Below are positions 1-13,570 of a DNA stretch of 64,000 nt, in pieces. Origin of the DNA: the human T2T-CHM13v2.0 reference genome, Homo sapiens. Made by a program: the position numbers and the translations under genes. How positions within the stretch are numbered: the stretch's first letter is position 1; each line of letters starts with the position of its first letter. The DNA is taken from NCBI RefSeq assembly GCF_009914755.1, contig NC_060927.1. One strand, 5' to 3'. The notes below the pieces were generated by a model, which worked only from the letters and a program-made list of their open reading frames with translations, was not told where the DNA came from and did no database searches.

Positions 1-235
1 AATCCCAAGGGTATTTCTTAATAAACTTTCAGCATATAAATTTGCATTTTAGGTTATTGGAAAACCCAAACCAACATGGGATAAGGAATAAAAAATAACC
101 CTTTTTGTACTAATATAGCTGGACATATTTTTATTATATAACATGAATATATTTTCACTTTAAGCATAAGAGTACAAGAGTAAGGGAACATGCCTACAAT
201 TCCCCAAGGTTTATTTGATTTTATCTTATATGCAG

Positions 236-1130
236 TTCATTATCCAGTCAGTAAGTGTTTGTTGTACTCGATCCTGTGCCAAGTGCTGGGAATTGAGGGA
301 TGAGGACCAAGGAGTAGAAACTCGGCCTATTGAGATATTATTCAAAATGCTCTCCTCAATATAAGTTAGTAATCACATAAATAGACAAGATATTGACATA
401 TTACAATAAATGCTATGAAGAAAAATCAGACTGAAGATTTTTAAAAGAGGTTGAAGATGAAGTGAGATAAGGTGGGATCAAGAAAGGCCACTTTGAGGAA
501 ATTAAGCTCAGGCCTGAAAGAGGGGAAGATGACAAGAGAATTCCAGGCAACCAAAAGAACACATGACAAGGCCTTCTCACAGGAGAATGTTCAGTGTGTA
601 TGAGTAACAGAAGTCCATGGTGGCTAGAGCATAGTAAGTGAAGGATGCATGACATGAGGTTATACATACATTTAGAGTTAGGGGGTCAGAATATGGGGTG
701 TGAGCTTTCTTGCACAAGTATTGAGAAGCTTCTGGAAGATTTATCTAGGGCAGTGACCTGATGTAATTCCTTTCCTGTTTTCTTTTTCTTTTTCTTTTTT
801 TGGTGATTACTCTCTTTGCTTTCTAGAGAACAGATGGTAGAAGGGGGAAGTGGAAATATGCAGACATATTAGGGACCCATCAAAATATTGAACTGAACTG
901 ATGGGTTTGGCCGTGGTTTGACCTAGAGTGCTCATTATAGAGAATGAGCAGAATGGATGCATTAGAGAGATTTCTCAAGTTTGAAATGGTTGAGCTACGG
1001 ATTGGATACAGGTAGGAAGATGGTAAAGGAAGGGATGACATCAGGTATACTTCGAGTTTGGTGTTGACAAACAGGGTGCATGGTAGAGCCATTTATAGAA
1101 GGCTTCAGGAGAACAAGGAGACTTGGAAAT
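236..1130 (-). mobile_element. Degraded L2 LINE fragment(s)
   Basis: Starts with an antisense L2-type 3' end (ttcattatcc...tgtgccaagtgctggg), followed by purine-rich L2-like sequence. Boundaries approximate. Confidence 0.5.
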
Positions 1131-2705
1131 TATTTGGAAAGGTCAGAGACTGTGTTCTGAATCTTATGGTAGAGACAGGAGGCATTCTATTGCATACAGT
1201 AACAGGAAGAAGAATCCAAATGCAGCTTTTTTGACCAGCTTTACAGAGTTCAGCCAAACAATCCATACCTAGTTCAACCTCATGTTAGAGATGAGCAAAC
1301 TGAACTTCAGAACCCATAAACAACCTGTCAAAATCATCTGACTAGCCAGAAGAATATTTTGCCCATTATATGATACTTTGTTTATTTAAATAGTTATAAT
1401 TATTTTAGATATTTTATTTTCTTGATTTTATTATTAAGCACAAATAACATGGTATTTAAAGTTTATCTCTATTTTTCACTTTTCTTATTTTATCATAACT
1501 TCAAGTAAAAATCAAAAAATTATATTGAAATTGAAATATGGAATTTTATACTAAAGACAAGGCATCCAAATGAAAATGAAATTTTTCAGGTGAAAATTTC
1601 CAAATCATAAATATGTAGGGACAAAAAACTTTATTTATAAAGAAAGATATAAGATAATTCTAATTAACTGATGATTCAAAGGTTTACAACTTTCAAAGTA
1701 AATATTATCTTTGAAATAAAGTCCATTTAAATTATTTATGCAGCCAAAGTTTTAGTAATTGTATATGTATATCATGTAAACTTTTTTGAGGAAAATTGAA
1801 TTGGAAATGTTAGAGTATTATGTGGAAAAAAATCACCTACAAGAAAAAAATTATCTCCTTATGAAGGATTACTTTAGCCACTTTGACAGGTGTAGGTAAA
1901 AGAACACTAAATGCACATCAATATGATTAGCAGATGCGTGCTTAGAAATATGTTATCATTGAAAAGAGAATCGTATTATCACCTTCGCAGGGCCTGTTCT
2001 TTTCCTTCATATTTATGTAACTTTGTCATCTATAGAAAGATTATGGGAATTTTAAAAATAGCTGATAGTTAAGAAACATCACCATAACACTTTGCTGAAT
2101 ACATAATAAAACATTTCCCTTCTCTCTAAAAGCCTTTTAAAATTAGGTACCATAATCAGTATAGCTAGAAGAGGGTAATTTCTATGTTCAAGTTCTTCTG
2201 TTTCTTGAGGTTGAGAATCATTTTATAGTCTTCTGAGGATGACACTGTACTGTTTTTTTAGCCTGATTATTTTCACCTATTTTTTCCATTCCTTACCTTT
2301 GTACATTTACATTTTACATATTGAAATGTTATTTTTTCAAATATTTTATATGCAAATTTACAAAGTACAATGACTGTTTGTACATTAAAATAACTTATTT
2401 ATGCCATATGGAAGTTTAAATATAATTTTACAATATCTAGTATTGATTGTTTAGTTTCTAATAATTGATACTTCACATGATTTTTCCCAGCATACCTCAA
2501 AATATTCTTCAAAATCCTGCTAATTAATTCCTGTAACACTTCTGAGGTGTATTAATAAGCTAGAGATGTAAAGAAGATTTGCAGAGAAAATTAGGTTCCC
2601 AAATTAGAAATTTTGTCCCACTATCGACTAGAAACCTCTTGAAATGATCAAAAACAATAATAATGCATGTCATAGAGGAAAACCAATAAGTCTGCTGCAG
2701 CCTGA

Positions 2706-2962
2706 CTACCTCTGTGACCTCAGACAGGTTACGTGTGGGTCCCTACCTCTGTGACCTCAGACAGGTTACGTGTGGGCCCTACCTCTGTGACCTCAGACAG
2801 GTTACGTGTGGGTCCCTACCTCTGTGACCTCAGACAGGTTACGTGTGGGCCCTACCTCTGTGACCTCAGACAGGTTACGTGTGGGTCCCTACCTCTGTGA
2901 CCTCAGACAGGTTATGTGTGGGTCCCTACCTCTGTGACCTCAGACAGGTTACGTGTGGGTCC
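2706..2962. repeat. Minisatellite, 7 copies of a 36/37-bp unit CTACCTCTGTGACCTCAGACAGGTTACGTGTGGG(T)CC
   Basis: Units start at 2706, 2743, 2779, 2816, 2852, 2889 and 2926, with lengths 37,36,37,36,37,37,37. Unit 6 has one CpG>TpG change. Confidence 0.97.
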
Positions 2963-3038
2963 ACACTTATTTTCTTCATCTCTAATAAGAAATATTTGAC
3001 AAATCTCATTTTCAAAAGTCTTTTAAGACCTTTCCACC

Positions 3039-3327
3039 TTTTTTTTTTGAGATGGAGTTTCGCTTTTGTTGCCCAGGCTGGAGTGCAATGTCATGGTCAG
3101 GGCTCACACAACCACTGACTCCCGGGTTCAAGTGATTCTCCTGCCTCCGCCTCCTGAGTAGCTGGGATTACAGGCACGCACCACAACGCCCAGCTAATCT
3201 TTTGTATTTTTAGTAGAGATGGGGTTTCACCATGTTGGTCAGGCTGGTCTCGAACTCCTGACCTCAGGTGATCCACAAGCCTCGGCCTTCCAAAGTGCTG
3301 GGATTACAAGCATGAGCAACTGTGGCC
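3039..3327 (-). mobile_element. Alu (AluS, Sq/Sp-like)
   Basis: Poly-T followed by gagatggagtttcgcttttgttgcccagg...caaagtgctgggattaca. Confidence 0.92.
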
Positions 3328-3392
3328 TGTGAGGGCTTTCTACTTTTAAGATTTCAGGATGTATAGCCTGGGAGGTAAATGGTAGTGCGTGT

Positions 3393-3393
<1 letters not shown>

Positions 3394-3430
<37 letters not shown>

Positions 3431-3570
3431 TATATATACATATATACTGTATATTATACTATATATACACATATATAGTATATTATACTCTACATATCTA
3501 CTGTATATTGTATATATATACACACACACACACACATACATATATGAGACAGAAAGAGAGAGAGGAGATA
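3394..3570. repeat. (CA)n/(TA)n/(GA)n compound microsatellite
   Basis: Dinucleotide runs visible directly. Confidence 0.9.
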
Positions 3571-4544
3571 GAGAATTTCATGTGAAAATATAAACTGTTA
3601 ACATAAAATTTTGCTTCTCTGAGGAATATTTAGCATTGTTTTCAATCTTCTCTGGAGAATTTAAGCATTTTTCTCAGAAGTCACCAGATAGAATGAGGGA
3701 GGGGCCATGTGATAGGAGCCAGAGATGAAAGGAGAACAATACAAAGAGTGCTTTGGGAAAAATAGTACAGTAAGGCTAGGGAAGACTTCTCTCCAACAAA
3801 AGACCAAGTTCACAGTTATATCTCTTCAGAAGCCAATCTTACTTTTAAAATGTCAATTTCCATCTATTTCTTGCTTTACAGACATTCCATTCGTTGCCAG
3901 ATTTAAAATAAAGCCTTTCCATGTGCAACCTTTCTATAGAAAAAGAGAAATATGGGGGACAGTACAGTCTAAGAAGTGATTAAGAATATCTAGTGGACTT
4001 TCCCAGACTGTAAATCTTTACATATATCTGAGCCTAATGAGGTGATTTATTGTGCTATAATGCGCAGTGAATTATACAGATGCTTCTTTTTGATCATACT
4101 GCAGGATGGAACTAAATACTAAATACCAAATAGCACTCCCATGATTCTTATAGATGTCATTCACATGACATATTTATGCTTTTTTATATAGCAATTCTTA
4201 TTCTTAGCTCTTAGGCAATTATGGAATCTTTTTTGTCATTTTAATAATCATGTTCCATTTGAGTTATGCAGGGTAGAATTTCTAAGTAGAAAGTCTTGTT
4301 TTTGTTGAACATTTTCAGTAAACATTTTGGAAAAAGTCTCTGTTTTTTGATGCTACTTCTGCACGCTTTCTCAACATGATATTACTTGGTATTGTCCTTA
4401 TTAACCTATAGTACACCGTATTCTGAAAATATTAGAGAGGGTTAAAAATCAGTCATGAATAAATAAAGTTAATGAAATAGAAAGGAAACCACATTCAGGA
4501 AATGGAAGGTAGAAGCAAATGTATTAACCGTGAGTTAGAAACAG

Positions 4545-4740
4545 TTTAGTCTTTGGAATGAAGCAGCAAGAGTTTAAAAATCTTGTTTGTGATTCACTAG
4601 CTTTGTGACCTTGGAGAATTACTTCAGATTTCTGAGTATCAGTTTAGTAGGTGATATCAATTGCAACTTCGCAGAATTATCACAAGTATTAAATAAAGGA
4701 CTTAGTATCTGGGAGAGCATATAAAATTACTAATAGTTAC
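4545..4740 (+). mobile_element. MIR SINE fragment
   Basis: MIR core: cactagctttgtgaccttggagaattactt...ctgagtatcagttt. Confidence 0.6.
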
Positions 4741-4829
4741 ATTTTTGTTAATATCACCATTATTATTATCATACGTATAGTATTTTCTTTCACTGACAAT
4801 GCGTTTAGGACATAAGGAGAACTATAAAA

Positions 4830-4975
4830 CGGTGCTTCTCCAACTTAAATGCATAGCATGAATCACCTGGAGTTTTGTCAAAGTACGAATTCTGACTCAA
4901 TAGTCCTGCAAACTAAGAAACTCTTGGTAATGCTGGTGCTGCTAGTTCACCAACAGACCACATGTTTTGTAACAG
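4830..4975. mobile_element. MER5-type hAT-Charlie DNA transposon fragment
   Basis: cggtgcttctccaactt...gaatcacctggag...ttctgactca...gctggtgctgctagt...gaccaca resembles MER5A. Confidence 0.55.
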
Positions 4976-5737
4976 CTATATAGAATATCCTGTTTCTTTT
5001 TTTTAATCACAAAACATGGCAAACTCTAAAATAAAGCAGAATAACAGATTTAAATATTAATACTCATGTCCTCACAATTTATAATTTCTCCCTCCCTAAC
5101 AATGGTATAATTCTGATTAAAAATTAGCAAAGAAAAAAATTGAAATTAATCTTCCTATGTTTATTCCTTTAACAAATTCTGGGTGATTACTACTGGGTTA
5201 CTTGCTGCAGGAAATAGAAAAATTGCTTTGACATAGATCCTTAAGAATCTGTCTCACTACAAGCTTATTTTTGTAGGAAGCTAAAAGATTTATATAAATA
5301 ACCGTAATTAAAGAGACAAACTAAGAAGTGCAATGAAAGACCTAGGGAAAGTGTTAGAGGAGTTCGGGGAGAGTAAAATTATCCTAAAATAATATCTATA
5401 CGTAACATTATGCTATCTTCCCTAACCAGCACTTGACCAAATTGTCACAGTGAACTTTGGTCCTTTCTTATATCTTGGTTTTGGTTGCCGCATCCTTCTG
5501 TTTGGGGAAGTTCTTGGTTTCCTCATGTAATAATAACAACACTTAAACAGTATATACTAGATAAAAGGAACTATATTGCTTGCTTTATTTACATAGTTTA
5601 GTTAATTTAATTTGAACAACGAACTATGAAGTAATCAGCTTTATTTCCTTCATTTTACATATGAGAAAATGGAGAATCAGCGACATTAAATCATCTCAAG
5701 TTTCTAAAATATCCACTCTCACCAGGCTGTTTACCCT

Positions 5738-6143
5738 CTGTTTTCGTCTGTCTGCTGCTGTAACAAAATGCCACAGATTGAGTAACTTATAAAAAACAGA
5801 AATGTATTTCTCACAGTTCTGGGGCTGAGAAGTCCAAAATCAAGGCAGCGGAGATTTGGCGGTTGGTCCAGACTGCTCTCTTCTCCTGAGGTGGCACCTT
5901 CTTGCTTTGTTTTCACGTGACAAAAGTGGGCAAAAATGGACAACGTAAGGACATGGCAGAAGAGACTGAGGAGCCAGGCACTCCTCTAAAGCGTCTTTTA
6001 TAAGGACATTTATCTCATTCATGAGAGTGGATCCTTCTTCACTTAATCACTTAACCAAAATTCCCATCTCTTAATATCATTATCCTGGGATTTTAGTTTC
6101 AACATACAAACTTTGGATGGGCACATAGGTTCAAATCATAGCA
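5738..6143 (-). mobile_element. MaLR solo LTR (MLT1A/MST-like)
   Basis: gctgctgtaacaaaatgccacaga...cagaaatgtatttctcacagttctgg...aagtccaaaatcaagg...tcaaatcatagca. Confidence 0.75.
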
Positions 6144-7724
6144 CCCTCCAAATTATAATGCCTCTCTCATGCCTGTTCTCCTTGAAGTACCCTCTGGTTT
6201 TGCTGTCTTCATTTTTGCCATCACAGTTAACCCTTCAGTTCCATTTCTTTAAGTAATCTCTAAATTTGTAAGGTTCCATCTTTTTCTTTTTTGTATATGG
6301 CAGACTCTCAAACATATTTGTCATATGAACTAAGTAGGTAAATATGTAAATGCCTGCTAAATTTTAGTGAATGATATAATGGCTTAAAGAGTTATCTACC
6401 CTTCAGCCAAGTATATTTGCTTTTAGTAGCAATCTCCTGCCATATACAAAGTCACGACTCTAGGGGTAAACATTTTAGCCTGTAGGTAAGATGTAAAACA
6501 GTGGTATGTTATAGTGACAACTCACTGTCATAGCACTGGGACATGCTCCTCTATCTGCTACAAATTGAATCAGCAAAATATATTTGATTTTGTGAGATTT
6601 AAATGTATGCTCCTGTTAGTAAAATAAAAGTATGGGAAAACTTTACGGAGTAGATTCAATAGAAATGTTTTCCTGAGTTATCTGCCTTCTTTATTTTTAT
6701 GTTATGCTTTAAGTCTATGGTCAATGTATAGAGCTATGATTGATGTGCTTTTTCAATTCTGTTCAGAACAGACAGGATAATTTTCTTCTTTTAAATCTTC
6801 TTGAATTTTGTCTAACATTTTTTTGTTCCAATTTCTTACTAGATTATACTCCTTTCCCTAATGCTGCTTCATGATTACTTATACTCAAACAATATTATGA
6901 TATTTACACATTGAATTCATTTTAGGTGATGATTTTGGTCATAAACATGAGCAGGTTGTAAAGTGTTTCAGCTATCCCAGGGCATGGCTGTCAGTCCCTT
7001 GCCTAATGTTTCAAACAAATCTTGAATTTGTGATGCTGCTGTGATGGCCCCTCAGATATTCTTACACATGTCTTTGCCCCTTGTTCCCTCTAACTTTCCT
7101 TTTCTGATAAAAAAGCAAACACTGCCAAGCTCAAATTGAATTACATTTGGATGCAAGTGTCACTATGCGATGGTTGCCAATAAAAGTACACAAGGAATTT
7201 TATCATGGTGAATTAAAGGCAAACAGACTTCAGAGAAATGAGCATGAGCATGAAAATGGCGCATGGTACGTGGATCTCACTGGAAAGTCATTCAATACAC
7301 AATATTTTCACTAGAAAAATCCATTAGCTTTAGCTAAAAATTGAAATTACTTTATAGGAAATCAGAATAAAATATGTGAAAACATTATATTCTGTGCAAG
7401 ATTAATACCACGCATGGTGTTGAAAGGTTTGTGGTCTTGCTTTGATGATGCTAAAAGGTCAGAAACCACAAAGATGCATGTGTGCTGTCATTTGCACAGT
7501 TACTAATTTTTCTCATTATTTCCATAATGAGACGTACTGTTTCAACAGAGAAACCCTCTTGAGAGTTGCTTGTAGTGTTTTCAGGCAGGCAGCTCTTTTG
7601 CTTTCATGTTTTGGCCTTGGCCAAGGAGTACAGACAGACTTTTCATTTATTTTCGGCAAGAATGTATTCGTTTATTGTTTTAAATAATAATAAATAGATT
7701 TTAAAATTACTCTACATTACTGCA

Positions 7725-7850
7725 CTTTAAACTCCATGAGGGCAAGGACTCTATCAAGTTTGGACATCATTGTATACCCTACATCTTGCACAAGGTTTAG
7801 AAAAAATGGCATGGAAACCTATTTTTTGAATCAATAAATGAATACATAAA
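7725..7850 (+). mobile_element. L2 3' end fragment
   Basis: aactccatgagggcaaggac...ttgaatcaataaatgaat. Confidence 0.5.
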
Positions 7851-9809
7851 AGAATTCCAAACTCTAGTCCAAGGTTTTAGATTAATAATGTGTTAAAATG
7901 CGTAAAATTTATAGACAAAACTATTCTTATTTAGAAGCTTGTTCTTTAGTTGGAGAGATAAAATATATGCACATAAAAGCTTAAGGAAAAATAATAAGGA
8001 TTTTGAAGTACTTAGTATGTGAAAAATTTAGCATAAACCTTACATCCATTTATTTAACACATTTTATATCTTTCATTATTTATACAGTGCTGATTGGTAG
8101 AATTCATAAGTGACCAGAACTATAAAAATTTTGAGGATAAGCACTAGAAACACAGAATAAATAGAGTGTTAACACGCAAAACACAGAAATCCTTACATTG
8201 GCGAGGTGAATAAAAAAGATTTCTGGTTACATGTACACTGATTATTGAGGGATGAGTATGACATTATTATGCCAGAATCAATAAATATTTTTAATAGGGA
8301 GAAAACTATAATTATATAACTTTGTGTTCAATAGAAGTAGTAGTATTTATAAAGTAGAAGTTTGTTATACCTTGTTCATAGCCTTTTAAAGTTGTTTATA
8401 AATAAAATCTACTCTTAATTAGTTAATGATTGATATTAATTTAAGTGTTTTAAAATTTTTGACCTCTGAATTGCCTTGTACATATGGAGAAATAAAGCTT
8501 GCCTAGAATAATTTCTTGAGTGGAGAATGAATGATCTGGATAGATTTATTGACAATAAATATATCTGTACTTATTTTATTAATTAATCTTCATGAAGAGA
8601 AATATAAAAGTCATATTCTAGTAGTTGATACCATGGGAAAAAATTCTTATCCTTTTCCTAAGGAAAAATACATCATGACACAAAAGTAAAGTTAATTAAA
8701 TTACTTACTTTATTAATTGTCTATAATTTCTATGGGTTGAAGTAAATTTGATACTCAATGCTATTTAATCTAATTCTAAAAGCTTGAATGAGTAATGATT
8801 TTTTCATGTAAGGTTAGTTGAAATAAATTATTGATTTTCAAATTTAATATTAATTAGCTATTGCATATTCTTAATGGGAAACAAGTGTTTACAAGGCCTT
8901 CTTTGGTTGCAAAAAGACCATGCCCATTGTAGACTTCTTAGAATACATCACATCTGGCCTCTTTTTTAGAGTGGGGAATTCAACTCATATGTGGCTGGAC
9001 ATTGATTCTGAACATTTTGAACATTATTTGTCTGTCTAAACTCATACTGGTTGCTGTTCTTTTATAAGTAATCACCATGTTTAGCATGAACTTGAGCTAT
9101 TGTTACTTAGGGTGCTTGACTATTTACAAGTCTCACTAGGATTCTAGGAATTCATTCGTCTTGTGGTGTGTATTTGCCGATAGTCCTATTATCTTTGTTG
9201 GTTCAATTACACAGTACCATCCAAGATGCTGCAACACATTATACACAGGGTATGGGTTGTGAGAGCTACAGATTTCAGTTATTATTCAGGCTCAGAAACT
9301 TAGAATCTCTGCGAGCTGGAACATGTTACTTAGTCTTGTTTTAAGACCGTCTTGTTTTAAAAGTCAGTCTCAAATTCTTAAAATATAGAATAGGGATGCT
9401 AGTAGTGCTCACAGAATTGTAGTAAAGATTAGCTGGGGAAAAAAGAGACTATTAAACAGAGCCTGGTATTCAATAAGTATCAGTTGCCTTCGATTAGCAA
9501 TCTGTGTTGTCATGATTAGAAGATTGCTGGTTTATGTTACAGACCTGAAAGTATGGTCAAAATATGTCAAAATAACAACCAGACAGAATCATATACCATT
9601 CCTTGAACATTTCATCCCTAGAATCTAGCCAAATTAGCATCTCTATACAGACAATACTGTTAACACAGATATGTGCTCAAACCCCTCATTTACTTTTCAG
9701 CACTTGTAAATTACTGGAGATATTTAGGAAGGAGTCTGGGGTTATGGCTTAGTTAAGCTGAGTGGCTAGAAAGTGTGAGATGCTGGATGCCTCCTCCAGT
9801 TCCTGTCTC

Positions 9810-10500
9810 CAGTGGCCGCACAAGGCATATCCACAGCTCTGCTCCTGCGAACTCGTTTCTGGCGTGGGGCTTGTGCGCACCCCAGACCGGGAGGAGCCTC
9901 GAGCCTGCTCATTAGTAGCACGGGCAGCTCGCGCGCTGGAGGAGGGAGGCGGAAGGACAGCGCTGCGCCACCACCCGGAGGAGGGAGCGCGGTAGCTGCA
10001 GGCAGGGGAGGGAGAGGAAAGAAAAGGAAGGACGGCTCCCAGACAGAGAGTGGGAGAAACCGGGGAGCAGCGGGAGCAGCAGGTCCGGGGGGAGCTGTTC
10101 CGCTGCGCTGCCCTCGTTATTCACACGGACGCTGCGGAGCTTCCCAGGGCTGCTTCCCTGTCCCCCTGGGTGGAGGCTGCCGTCTAAACCTGACTCCAGG
10201 TGAGTTCGGCAAAGAGGTGAACCGAGGGGTCTCGAACCAGAGACGTGGCATTGGCGAGGCTGCTCAGCTCCCCCAAGCGCTGCTGCCTTTATATTTCCCA
10301 AATTCACGGAAGGTCTTGGCGGTGGCTGCACAGGCTGGGAGGGGGCGGAGGGTCGGTGGGTGGTTGCGATCCTCACGGCCAGCGTGGGGGCATTCGGATG
10401 GAATTAGCTTAAGTGAATGGGGTTTTAGGAAATGTCCCCAAAGGCACGCGTTATATATGTGTTTCTAGACAAGCTTTTAAGACGGAAATTTGGTTTCCCG
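9810..10500 (+). promoter_or_regulatory. ROBO2: CpG island / ROBO2a distal promoter
   Basis: The only extended GC- and CpG-rich non-repeat stretch in an AT-rich window. It spans a strong splice donor, has a GC box (GGGGCGGAG at 10342) and no obvious TATA box. Confidence 0.9.
9914..10199 (+). other. ROBO2: ROBO2a exon 1 (non-coding 5' UTR; start approximate)
   Basis: ATG-free GC-rich segment ending in consensus donor CAG|GTGAGT at 10199/10200. It lies ~30.5 kb upstream of the coding exon, matching the recalled ROBO2a structure. The TSS cannot be fixed from sequence. Confidence 0.8.
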
Positions 10501-11084
10501 GATGCCCTTTTTGGCCTTCTGTCCTTCCTTTTGCTTGCCTCATGCCCAATTTTCCAAGCCAAGGAAAGGTTTGGGAAGGCGTGGAAGCAGAAGGTCTGGG
10601 CACAGAATGTGACGGGGCAACCTTGGTCTCTAAGTTTGGGGGTGGGGGTTGGGACTCTTCCTTTCCACCTAATTTACCAGGGGAAAACCCTCAGAGTAAC
10701 TTCAGGTTCCTTTGCTCTGCACCCTCCATAAGCTTATTAAAGGGAACTTCAGGCTCTCTAGACAGCCTGTGAGATGTGACGGCAATATAGCTTAAAAGCC
10801 ATGTTGGTTCACTTCATCTCCTCTTTATCCTTTGTTGCAAATTTGATACCTTTTTGGATTTCTTTAACAGCACAAAATTTAAGTGGCCGACTGACAGGAA
10901 ATATTTCTTTTGAAAATGCTATGAGAAAAGTGATGAGTTAACACTGAGAGAAAGGCAACTTTATTTTCTTCGAAGAACTTTGGGGAAAGGGATTGATAGA
11001 GAAATTCTGGGCGTGAAATTATGGACATTTCCCACAGAACTTCCTTCACTTATTTATTTTTACATTTGCTTCATTTTTTTTAAT

Positions 11085-11086
<2 letters not shown>

Positions 11087-11126
<40 letters not shown>
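11087..11126. repeat. (TG)n microsatellite
   Basis: Near-perfect TG run. Confidence 0.95.
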
Positions 11127-11127
<1 letters not shown>

Positions 11128-13109
11128 CAGAGAGACAAAATTCCTTGGAGGTATTATGACTTTATTTGGTTTAGAAGTTTCTTTCTTACTAATAGCACTA
11201 ATTTGTGATCATCATGATTGTAAGAATTTACTAACTGTTTTGCTTTTAGGTGTTTTGGGTCTGTTTTTTTAAAAAAATTCAATACTTACTTTGTGGGCCT
11301 TGCTGAATACCTGTCAATAAAATCGGTGGGCATACAGTTAGTCACATGACACACTGTGGATTTAATAGCAGGTAAGTATACAAACGATAAGTTTAGGAAA
11401 TAAATGTCAGAATCAAAATTCAGGTGTGAAATTGAAATATCTTTCAAATATTTACCAAATTCTCTTTTAGGATCCAATGTCATTTTATGGTCAAGAGAGC
11501 TTAAAGGTTTCTCAGATTAAGATATATGTATCTACTTTGTTAATCAAAGTATGTAATATTTTATTTTGTTCTTTCTTTAATGACTGAGTTCAACAAATAA
11601 AACTTGCATATTTAATGTAAGGTTCTTTCACATATATTACTTCTCCAATTTTTAATATAAATTTAAGGAGAAAAGTGATATTCCATTTTGTAGATGTAGA
11701 GACTGTGTCACAGAAGTATTACTTTATCTAGATTTCTGTAATTATTATGTTATAAACTTAGAAATTACATATTATTATGGAACATATAAAATATATGAAT
11801 GTTATAAACCATAAGAATTCAGACCTATGCTATTTAACTTCAAGTTTAGTTCTTTACCCAAACAATTGCACAACTACATTGAGACTACTGAAATAATTAT
11901 ATATGAACATGCTATATGAAAAAAAAGCATTTCTTATTTTTCTGGTTTCTCTTTGATATAAAATATACTATAATTTTGTGGAGTTATTTTCCATATTTAG
12001 ATGCTCCTAACTTCCAAATAACTCCTAAACTCCTAAAAACTGACCTGTGTCCTTCTTAATAAAAGTGGATTCACAGGGAGACTCAATTTTTACTAAGAAT
12101 ATTCTTGGGATAATTTGTGTCTTATAATCAGGATAAAGACAGGCCACATTTAGCTGTGTTTTTAAACCACTTAGTGTGAACTTGAAATGCAGACAGAACC
12201 TGCTTTCAGGCTGAACTGCCAGCTTCGCAGTGAATAGTCTTTCAGATTCCGTGGCAACACTGGCAGATATATCTAATGTATATCTGATGTGGGACTTATG
12301 AGAAAAGGAGAGGTAGAAACGGAATGCTCTTATATTTCATATGTGACCACATTCATAAAACTTTATTGATAAGTACTTTGGTGTCTGACACGGGCTGACA
12401 CAAATAGGCTTCTTCAAGAGTTGAGGAAGAAAACAAAATCCCTATAATACAGCCTTTTTCCTCCTTTTCTTTCTTAAGCGGTAATAGTTGATCCTACATA
12501 ATCTCTTAAAAAAATAAATTTCAAAGAGAGTTTGTGAGTTTTTTGGAGGGAGGGAGCTTTTGTGTGTCTATGCATGCTCAGTACAGTTTAGGGGTATAAG
12601 GAGAAGTTAAACAAGAATATTGAATGCTAGCTATGAAACTTTTTGGAGTCTCAAATGCATTGAAACAATTTTTCATATTATATACATAAAATTGATAGTT
12701 ACCTTGGGGAACTAAGTATGTTATACACAACTTTGCATCTGATTACAGGATTCCCTGAACATTTATAGCTCAGGTATTCTGGAAGGAGTCAAGATAATTA
12801 GTTTTATGGCTCTTGCCCATGTGACCTGTTCCTTTCTGGTCCTGACATTAAAAGGATGACTTAAATTTTCTGGAATGTCAAAATTTTCTCTTCCCTCAGA
12901 TCCTACAAAATACTTCAAGCAGTGTATGTGTGATACTCACTGTCATTTCAACATTTTCAAGGAAAACAATCCTCTTGAGAATGCTAAACAATGCCCTATA
13001 TTTCTTCCTTTCTAATTCTTTCAGAAAGAGGGTTAGATGAATTAGGAAGAAAGGAGAGAGGGAGATAAGAGAGATGACATTTTATCCCTCAGGAAAGAGC
13101 AAGACCAAT

Positions 13110-13570
13110 TGTATTCCTAATTTAGAAATATTATTCTACAGACATTCCTGAGCAAGAGGGCTTTGCATATACATTAAAGCAGAATACCTAGTCAACTTCT
13201 AGTTATGCCATGTAGTGAGATGGAAGTAAGATGAGGAAGCTGAGATCATTTTTGTTGGAGAACTGAGACCACATGAAATAGGTAACAGAGTTACCCCAAC
13301 TGAGGGGCAAGAGGACTTGGAAGTTTCCTCCGTAAATTTGCAGTTAGTACAGGGCTGCTCCAGTGATCAGAGTCATTAATGCCCTGGAGTTTCTGTATAA
13401 CCCTGTACACAGGCTGAGACAGCTCTGATGGCCCAGAAAAGCCTTTGGACAGAATCACTGCACCCTTGGACATTGTCCGACCACATGTATGAGAATAGTG
13501 AGTGCTGAGGAGTTGTGGGTAGCTTGGTGACAACTCTTGCTAAAGGAGTGTCATCAACATTCATTGCTGA
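13110..13570 (-). mobile_element. Possible ancient ERVL-class LTR fragment
   Basis: actgaggggcaagaggacttgg...agggctgctcc...ggcccagaaaagcc loosely resembles ERVL LTRs. Highly diverged. Confidence 0.3.

Noticed and set aside
9914-9965. Possible REST/RE1 site (GGACAGCGC at 9955; AGCACGGGCAGC at about 9917)
   Set aside because: Only a right half-site or a mis-spaced match; the left half TTCAGCACC is absent.
9812-10468. 218-aa ORF (and overlapping 154-aa minus ORF) across the CpG island
   Set aside because: It starts at GTG, is low-complexity G/R/A-rich, reads through the exon 1 donor and has no recognisable domain. Long stop-free frames are expected in GC-rich DNA.
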